Source: Phoronis australis (lineage: Eukaryota; Animalia; Phoronida). From it: a stretch of DNA of 64,000 bases. Positions within the stretch are counted from its first letter, which is position 1; the number at the start of each line of letters is the position of its first letter. Positions 54,780-64,000 of the stretch are shown in pieces. The translations under genes and the position numbers were made by a program. The DNA lies in NCBI GenBank assembly GCA_002633005.1, contig NMRA01000041.1:935294-999293 (forward strand). Direction: 5' to 3'. The notes under the pieces were generated by a model. It saw only the letters and a list, made by a program, of their open reading frames with translations, did no database searches and was not told the DNA's origin.

Positions 54780-57700
54780 ATGAATGAAACCACCGACAAA
54801 CACCAATCATTTGTTGATATCCTACCATGGGATGACATACTTGTCAAAGCAATACTACCCCATCTCTCAATACAGTCGCTGTTTTTACTCAGAGGAGTCA
54901 ACAGACAATGCAAGTCATTAGTGGACCACTATTTTCAGCAAAACAACAAACTGGACCTTATCGCTGTATCTGAGAAGTTCAATGCCATGGCATTCAACGT
55001 GGCCATAAGACATGCCCAGAAAATTCAAGTTGCTTTGCTACGCAATGCCAAAAACTGGTTGACAAATGATCTTCTAAGGTCACTGATTTTCAACAGTCGA
55101 AAATTGAGTGTCTTGGACCTTACCAACTGCTCTGATTTGAGCTCTGATGTACTTCAGGCATTGGGTGCCTCCTGTCCTAAGTTGAGGAAGTTGATACTGT
55201 CAGACTGTCACTGGTTGGATTTAGATGGTGTTACAGCGGTGGCGCTAGGTTGCCCTGACCTAGAACACGTCAACTTTTGTGGCTGTTGGAACCTAGAGGA
55301 TGAAGCCGTGCAGACATTAGTTATGGGCTGCTCTAGGTAAGTTGTTTAGTTTAAGGAAGTGTTTAAACAGCCACTAAGGCCAGTGATCACCAGAATGGAC
55401 TTGAGCATTTACGAAAACAGCGTACTATCCTTCAAGTAATTTTTCCAATTTCACAATTTATGTGATCGGTCAGTTTTCAAGTCAAGTCTCAAATAATGTG
55501 ATGGTCACGGGCATTTCGCTAAGCAACAATTTGCTTAGGCCAGTGGTGTATTAGTTGGAGTGACAATGTCGTAGTTGAAGACTTGTCTCTTAAATATGGG
55601 ATTCACTCAAAAGTGACTGAAAATGTGAAGTTAATTTTTCTTAGGAGTACTTCACTGTGTTTGATGAGGGAACTTGGAGTTTCCTTCTCTTTTTAGAGAG
55701 TGGACACAAAAAAGCTCCTATTTCCTGATTCTTGTCAGCCACAACATATGTATTATCATTATAATTGATATTGCCACTGCTGACTGGTCTGAATTCAACT
55801 AAGGTGCTATAGAATTAACATGTTACTACCTGAACGAAATGACAGATCTTGAGATAGAGTTCAATAAATGTCACCTCTTACGAAGTAAATTGTTAGTTTA
55901 CCTGTTGTCTTATTTGTAATGAGAAACCCTAGGCAACAAACTCGTAGATTGACATTTGTCACTGACAATCAAGTTGGTCCAATTTTCATTATGCATTCCA
56001 ATGAACTTTAAACAGTGTAAGTCATCATGAAGTTTATCTCAAGATTTTTATTTCTTTTTCAGAATTGTTTACATGTCCCTTTCACGAATCTACAACTTGA
56101 CGGATTGTTCACTGACTTGTATTGCTAAACACTGTAATAGTCTTGAACACTTGAACATTCAGGGATGTTGGAGGGTCACAAACGATGGAGTTAAGTATGT
56201 TCACATGTCTGGGTTTTCTGCAAAAATATGTTTGACTGTAAAATATTCCACTTTTTACATTATATATCCTGTGCAAAGGAAACGAAAATCACGTTGGATG
56301 GACCTCACTGTGCCATGAAGACTTCGTCCCCTGTTAGAATAAGACACCGTTACATCTAGTAGTTACTATTAAGTTCTTTTTCAAATTTTCTCTGAAGCAA
56401 GAGGTGGTAACGAATCTGTAACCCCAGTCGCGTATCAGACACCAAACCGTGAGTACACATCTCCAGAACCAAATCCCTAAACTCCATACAAGGTGACCAA
56501 GCTCCATACACAGTTACCAAACTCCAGTTTTGGGAACCAGTCCAGGTGAGGAATCTGGTCTTTGGAACTGGAGTTTGATCTCCGGCGGGGTATGGAGCAT
56601 TTTTGGCATGTGTTTGGAGTTTACAGGTGCAGGTGACTGATGGTCCAGAACTGGGATTTATAGGGTCATTGTTGGAATTTAGGAGCGCAACCATGGAATT
56701 ATTTCCTATGAAAGACTTCTGGACTGTTTTCACAGCTCCAAAAGTTGAAGAAGACCCACATATTTTGGAAAGTGTGTTCACTGGATCACAGTGTTTGAAA
56801 GGGAAAGCTCAGGTCATGTCAATACTTCTGATATATAGTGGTGCTATTTGATTTTGCTCAATGGTTATTACCATCATGAGGTCATGGGCTCAATTCTCTG
56901 TCTTGAGCTATTGCTGCCATTAGAGGAGACAGTGTGGCGTAGTGCGATAAGTGCCTGTTTGATTGTCAAGATCATGTATTCGAGTCCTTCTGGGGCTCAC
57001 TGCTAGACCCTTGAGCAAGTTCTCCAGCTCGTCAGCTCGGTTTTGAGTATATATTAGATAAAGCATAAAAAAGGTTCCAGATGATCAGTGCAATAGGCCT
57101 ATCGGAGCATGTACCTGACAACTTACAATTTTTATTTTTTATTGCTGTCGTTGCATAGCATCTTCTCTATCCTTAGTCAAAGCACGCATTCCTCACAGAT
57201 TGGAATCAAGTGTAAAAAAATCAAGCCTAAGATTTTAATTTAAATAAAACTCATGAAAAGCATGATAGGTTTATTAACTGTGACCCACTGAGCTGAGTGT
57301 TGTAGACCTCAAGCTTCCACTTGCGGCAAAAAATATTCACTCGTGGAACACAAACTGTGAATTCAATCCCACAATTCAACACTCCAACCTCGCCAACCAA
57401 TCACTTCAGTGGTGGCCATTTTGCAAAGATGTGCGACCGAGCTCACTTACTTGCAAAACACTTGCTTTTCAACATGACATGGGAATAGCCTTTACGCACC
57501 TTGCTACACCACGACTAGGCTAGGCGAGGTGCTTTTCTCGTAGGACATCAAAGGAATTCTGGCAGCAGCCAGATATGCCATAGCCAAGCAGCAAGTCAAG
57601 CCAAGTCATAGACACCTGCCCAAGCTAACTGAGCTGTGTTGATCTTTGTTAGAAAGCAGTGTCCTGTAATTATGACTACCAGATTAGGTTTATAAACTCA

Positions 57701-58610
57701 CAAAGGCTATGGCAAGGCACTGTCTGCAGGGGATCAGGACAAGTGGGGTGTGATTTGTGGAGTCAGCGCCATACTTGTGTGATTTTGCCAGGTCTTGTGA
57801 GACCTTGCTGTTTTGCAAGACACTACGTCTACATAATGCTCTTTTGGTTTTAAAGTTTTTTTTACCAGTTACGAGGCACATCGACATCATCAGAAATGCA
57901 TTAAAGTTAAAGTCAAGTTTTGATTTTGTTGACTAAACCTGTCAAAATTAGCGTCTTTTTGACATTTATTTGCTAGATGGTAATTGTTTTCTAATATGGT
58001 GTCGAAATGTTTAAAATGTATTTTCTAGGTTTGAGTTAACTTGCTTAGATACTTTGCGCATCAGTTAGTGAGTAGGTTCTAAGCATTTTGGCATAATGAG
58101 AATCTGTAAAAACCTGTTGTAGTTGAGAATTCTAACAGTTGTAGTTACTGTTTAGCATTTAGTATTGATCACAGCACTTGTGTTTTCTTTTGGACAAAAG
58201 TACCATGTTTGGTTTGGGTCTGTTTTCTTTTTTGAAAATTGATGCGGTATTTCTTTATTTGACCATATTTGTCAAAAAGAAAGTCATATGAAATCAGTCA
58301 GGATCTTTTTTTGCGCAGCGCCACCTGGTGCCTGCTTTTATGTGCTGTTTTCTAAAAGAGATGGGTGTCGACCAGAACCAATTCTTTTGTTTTTTTACCT
58401 TAGCCTAGCTCACTGTCATTTTGTTCTTGTAGATATTTGGCTGAGTACTGTAAGAAACTAAAAGGGCTCCAAGCAAAGGACTGCCGAGATATAACTGAGG
58501 AAAGTCTATCAGTGCTGCGAAGAGAAAACATCAAAGTTGACAAACCTTGCCCACCAAGGCTTAGGTGCTTTCAGCTCCCTCTGTCAGACAGGCTATACGT
58601 TCAGATATGA
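54780..58610 (+). CDS. FBXL15: F-box/LRR-repeat protein 15, 288 aa
   Basis: join(54780..55336,56063..56194,58433..58610). F-box start LPWDDILVKAIL (recalled human LPWEDVLLPHVL), Cys-containing LRRs, LAEYC motif and C-terminal LYVQI* (human VNLQV*). Confidence 0.92.
56460..56625. repeat. Fold-back repeat in an FBXL15 intron
   Basis: Nested inverted blocks AAACTCCATAC, GCTCCATAC and AAACTCCAGTT versus AACTGGAGTTT, GTATGGAGC and TTTGGAGTTT. Confidence 0.55.
56924..57122 (+). mobile_element. tRNA-derived SINE, same family
   Basis: TGGCGTAGTG A-box, TTCGAGTCC B-box, CCCTTGAGCAAG, shared TCAGCTCGGTTTT and GTTCCAG.TGATCAGTGCAAT. Confidence 0.65.
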
Positions 58611-61600
58611 TAAGCGATGTCTTTGTCTGGTGATATTTCAGAAGAGCTTCATACTTACTTATTGATGATGTGTTGTGTATGAGAGGTACATGTTATAGTG
58701 ACATGTCTGTTGCTGAACTCAGATATTTCGTTGCATACTTAAATTAAATAGCTAGGATGTTTCGATTGTTGGCAAACTGGCTTGTTTTTGGAATTTCCGT
58801 TGTCATTTGTTGTAGTCAAGGAAAAGTGAATGTAGTGAACTCTGTGATTGTCAGTTTGTCTTCTTGATAATTAACTCCAGTATTCCCACCAGTTTAGTGA
58901 ACAATGTGGCTGACAAGTGAAATTTTCATTGCACAGAATTTTGCAAAAACTTAGCTTTCCCCAATTTCTAATTGCTGGTTTATGACCATTGGTAATTGGC
59001 CCATTTTTTTGTATATCCAGCTGAATTGATGAAGCACAATCCTCACTCTGGACTACCTTCTAGTTTTAGGTTATGGAAGTTTGTACATGTCTTGTCCAAT
59101 TTTCTAATTTCAAAACCTAACCACGTGTACTTTCCACAAACTATTCAAATGTGCTATTCAAAAACTTTCCAAAATTAATTTAAATAATTCCATCATTGCC
59201 CTCAGTGTTTACAACCATATTTATGATGGACAATTCTGGGCTTGATTTCAAAAGTTAATCTGCAGAGAATGATAACGTCAGCTGAAGCTGGGTGATTTCT
59301 TTGAAGATAGCTGTGGATTTTAAGGATAATAAAGTGGTCGAGTTGCCTAAAGTCAACTGGTGACGGTGTAAGCATAGTATTCTTTTCTTGTCTCTCCCGT
59401 TGTCGCCATAAAAGATATTGCCAATAAAAATTGTATCGTGTGGTTCACGACCAAGCCAAGAATTGTACGATGATGACACTTGGCTTACCTCAAAATCCAA
59501 CTGCTGCTTGATGATTTGGCAACTGGTTTAATTATGTTGCACACCCAGCAGAATTAATGAGGGGCATATAATTGCAACATTAAACAAACATTTTAGGTTG
59601 TAAAAGTCCCATTTCTTGTCCAATTGCGTGCTTTTTACAAAATATTCAAATGTGCTATTTATCGGTATAAACTTTCAAAACGAAAATTTAAAAATGTAAT
59701 TGTTGTCACCAGCAATGTGTTTATGATAGGTCTGATTAGAGAATGATAACATCAGCTCCTGATCCGATTTAAATATCTACAACAGCATGGTGTCTTTTAT
59801 CTAAACCACCAGATTCTGTGGTGTGCAAACCCGTCGAGTTGCCCAATCTTGACCGATTCGAAGTGTCAATGCAGGATTCTTTTTATGACAGTTTGCTGGT
59901 TCAAATTGTATCCTACTTTGATGCACTGGCGACCAACAGACAATATTTTGAAGAAAAAAATATGGGTATTCACAATCATGTTAGAAACTCTTGAAAAATG
60001 AAAAAATCAATTTTGGCAAATATTTTTGTCCAAAACTGGTGTGATTTTTGTCGTATTTGGTTATGATACATGCATGCTTATTAAAGTGAAATTTTACTGC
60101 AATTGTTCAATGATGTATGTGTTTGTGACATGTGAACTCAAATTACTTCTCAGCCATGCAGAAACCCTTGTATATTCAGCATCTGATGCAGCGGTGTGCT
60201 TTGAAGAAACACCATCGAGACCTATACAAGTTTCTTTGTCTTGGCATGTGATTACCAGATAAGTTGATGTTTAGATCTCAAGTGACAATTAATGGTATAA
60301 GCTTAGAGGAATTACGCCATATGTCTCTGTGACATACGATACCTTGATTGCCAAGGATTGAATTTCTTGAATAAAATTTAAATTACTGATAGTAGTTGGC
60401 TGTATATCTTATTGCGTGCACGAAGCAAACCCAATTGTTTGTAATCACGTGATTGAGTTTTTCTGAAATTGATTGAGATCACTGATTTTTTCCATAGCAT
60501 CATTTTCACTTAAAACTTGCAAATTTTATTTTTCATTCTGTTAAGTGTATCTACAAAGTGTGTTTGGGGTTTTCTTTTAAGGCTTTTTAGCCCGATATAC
60601 TGGCTGTCAAAAACCAACACTATGTTTTTTCTTGATTTTTTACAGCGGAAGTCTAGGGCTAAAGGGCCTTAGAAGAAATTCCCAGACACAATTTTTAGCT
60701 ATTAGTATAAAGAAAACAAATTTGCACGCTTCTTTAAAATAAATGTTTGTGGAAATTATGTCAATCTTATCCTTGAAAAATCACAGTTTCTTAAAAAAAC
60801 ACAGTTGCATGATTTCGATTATGTGTTATTTTTGTGCCCATTAAAGTACATTCCAAGAGCAGGTTGTGTTATGTAGAAAGAGGAAACTGGTGAAAATACA
60901 AGATCATGCGTGACTTGGTGTTCATGCATTACAATGAAAGCACCTGACCACTGACACTATCTTTTCCTGCCCTGAATGCATACGGCAGCACAGGTTTTCA
61001 AGTTTACTGTAAAGTCAGCAGGAGTCAGTCCACAGCTGGAGATTAAGCTACAAGTATTTTAGTGGATACAATAATTTTTCCATTAAATTTTTATTGTGGA
61101 AGAGAAGTGTAGTAATTTTATTTTGTGATATGTTTTGAATGTGACTAATAATATTCTTCATCTCATGTAACAGACCTATGGCTCTCATTACAAATGTATT
61201 TTGCACAGAGAGTACAGAATATTTAAGCTGAAATGAATTCCTTTCAAATAACTCATTTACAGGTGGCTCAGCATTAATCAAATATCAACTTTCTAAAAGT
61301 CTCAAGCCATGAGTCTGATTCCACCTTTCCTCTATTACAACACCACCATATCCTCTCTCTATCAACACTGCTAAACCTTACCTAACTTGGAATACAAACT
61401 TCTGTTAATGAATGACTGATACCGAACTACATTTTACTAAATAAAGAATGCGCCGGGTAGTCTTAATCTTGCAACGGCTACTCTGTTCTCTTAATATAAG
61501 TATTTTTCAATAACAACTTAATTATTGTAAATTATAAAACTTTAATGTACTGTTTCTCTTATCTTTTTGTCAAGGTCACCACTGTTCAATAAAGCCACTT

Positions 61601-62829
61601 AAAAATGTGGCAAAGACTCGCCTCAACCGACACCACACGCAAATAACAATAGTCCAATATTGACAGCCCAGCAAGGCTAAGTTGCTCAATCATTTCATAA
61701 TTGCATAGCAAAGCAGTTACACAAAATGATAATCATTGTATTTAACAAGTCTTTGTAGTATGGTGTACCCTAATTGTCACTCTAGAGCTCTCCTCTCACC
61801 AGTTGCAGCGTTTGAGACATGCTCTGACCAAGCCTGATTAAAATTTTCCTGTACGATTTCAATCAATGTCTTCATGAGACAACTCCTATCCTAACATTTG
61901 GGGTTTTGTTACCCCCAACGCCTAAGCGATTCTAAGTGGCATCCAAATCTCTCTGATGCTCGTGGCTTAGCCGCGAAGCTGAAGAAATGATATTGCTAAT
62001 TTCTCTTATAATCCCGCCATAGATGTTAAAAATGCAATTCTATTTACTTTTCAACATGTTGGTCCTTTGCTTTATTTATATTGCTCATTTTTTACTTTGA
62101 AACTCGTACGCTAAACAGGCGTGTTGGATTACCGACCGCAGTTATCTCATCCAACACTTTCAGCCAAAATGAAGCTCATGAATAGCTCACTTAGTTCAGT
62201 CAGTGACGGCGCCATCGAGCCTTTGGTGTGAGTGTTGGGGACTTCGCTGAATACCCTGTGGTAAACAGTGCACGCTTTCTCGTCCACGCGGTGTAAATCC
62301 TGTTTTAGCGTACGATTTGCCAAATGGTGTCAGGATGAAAACCCAAAAATCTCATACCTATATAGCAGAATTGGCAATAATCAAATATATTTAACCACAT
62401 CTGCACAGTGTTGTCAGAGTGACCATGTGGTTTTTAGCACAAAAACAGCTTTTGTCTGTCAGCTAGTAAGTGTTTTCTGTAACTTTTTCCCGTACCGGGG
62501 GTCAACTTAATACCCAAATAATTGTACTCTCTCTGAATTAAGTCGTTTGTACCGTTTCACCAAATAATTGCCACTTATCGTTATTTTTCAAGTATCCCCT
62601 ATTCACATGAATCTTTCATTCATTGCATCATAGATACTCTATAGTCTATGATTGCATATTATTCTTCTAGTTTGGCGATTGGTCTTTACAATTGGGGTTT
62701 CTTCAATTAGAACCAAGTCATGTGCAATCCGACAGCAATAAATTTACGGGATATGCCAGCCCTGTATATTTTGTGAATCATTTTCTAAATCGCAAACAGG
62801 AGTTGTCGAACCCATCCGTAGGCCCTACA

Positions 62830-62997
62830 CAGTGGCGGATTTAGAGAGTGGCCAAGGGGGCCATGGCCCTCCTAAAATTCTCCCCGGCAGATTCAGTTGG
62901 CAGTTCGGGGAGTGCGATAATGTCTGAAGGGCAAAATCCTGGCTAATACACTGCCTTGCCCCCCCNNNGCTCAAAATCCTCAGTGGATCCGCCCCAG
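62830..62997. mobile_element. hAT-type MITE remnant
   Basis: CAGTGGCGGATTT...GGGGGCCATGGCCC...GGATCCGCCCC termini; contains Ns. Confidence 0.55.
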
Positions 62998-63111
62998 CTG
63001 CTACACTGAAAGAAATTGATTATATAGCCGTCCCTATTCAGTCCACATTAGGCATATCTAACTAAAGTCCAGTCCACGCACAGCCTAACCTAGAACAACG
63101 TGCACTCTAGT

Positions 63112-63390
63112 TCAACTTACCCCACTTTTGAGTGGAGCATCCTCACCCGCCCACATAACATGTGATAACTCAGTTGCTAAAGCGGAAGTTGTCACTCTGT
63201 GCCTGACAATGAGCACTCTAATGCCAATACGGCGCGTAAGAGAAAATTGAAAACCTGTCTGTAGGTAACCGCAGCTGGTAATTACTTCCGCCCTACCCCA
63301 TTTTTGCGACCACACGGCGATTACAAGGGCCGAGTCCAAGTTTCCCTGGCAACTAGTTACCCCACCTCGATAATGTGAAGTAAGTTGTCG
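63112..63390 (-). repeat. Dispersed repeat, second copy of 49820-50075
   Basis: Reverse complement aligns to 49820-50075. Confidence 0.65.
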
Positions 63391-64000
63391 CTAGTGTGGT
63401 ATTCCAAAACATAATCGAGACTTCTTAGTCTAAATTAAACAAAAACACTCGGACATTTAACAACACCCATTTTTCAATATTCTCATACAATGTACAACAA
63501 GTCATGAGGTTTATGAACTTTCGAAGAACTAACTGGTTCCATAACCATTACAGGCTGAAAGTAGAGTGTCTGAGACCCTTGAATACGGATCGGGGACTCT
63601 CAACGAGTGGTACTGGAATTAGGCCAACTGAAAAAATTAAGCATTTGATCACAAGTATTTTGTAATCTAAGGTTAGAATGCGGATCAACAAAATTTGACG
63701 GCAGTCTGCACGGGGTTGATTCTAATGAGGCTCGCACGTGGAAATCTTTATAAAACGGCCCTGTTACGGGGAGGAACGCTGTGGATATGCTGGTGCAAAC
63801 CCTGTCCAGACCATCCCTGTGACCACCCGTCCCTACGGGTGCCCGTGACAGCAAACGGCGCCTGAACTCCAAGGCTGGCGTTGTCTGTATAATTATAAGC
63901 AACTGTTTCAACGACACACGGGCAAGGCTCTTGTTGTGGCCATATTGATACCAGCCCTGAACAGTAAAACGCTAAAAGAGAGAAGCCATCGACACAAAGA

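Noticed and set aside
56356-56851. Overlapping 141-aa and 82-aa ORFs in an FBXL15 intron
   Set aside because: They coincide with a fold-back repeat and show no recognisable protein features.

Overview
AT-rich, intron-containing animal genomic DNA, probably a non-vertebrate bilaterian; the phylum cannot be fixed from sequence alone. Three genes can be spliced by hand with GT-AG junctions and a continuous reading frame. (1) A giant eyes shut (EYS) ortholog lies on the minus strand: 41 coding exons from 51893 down to 764, about 3830 aa inside the window, continuing off the left edge. It has a signal peptide, a vertebrate-EYS-like N-terminal domain, about 50 tandem EGF repeats, a ~1100-aa Ser/Thr mucin-like stalk and alternating EGF/Laminin-G modules. 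(2) An 8-exon gene that the ORF track shows only as fragments is nested antisense inside the 11.5-kb EYS intron (19406-30948). It encodes a 335-aa signal-peptide, Cys-rich (EB-like), probably GPI-anchored surface protein. (3) FBXL15 (54780-58610, +) lies head-to-head with EYS across a short putative bidirectional promoter. Introns carry MITEs, tRNA-derived SINEs, minisatellites, a perfect 34-bp palindrome and a ~1.2-kb higher-order repeat with nine co-oriented CTCF-like motifs about 2 kb upstream of the nested gene. All exon coordinates and family calls come from manual reading and recall; no database searches were run.
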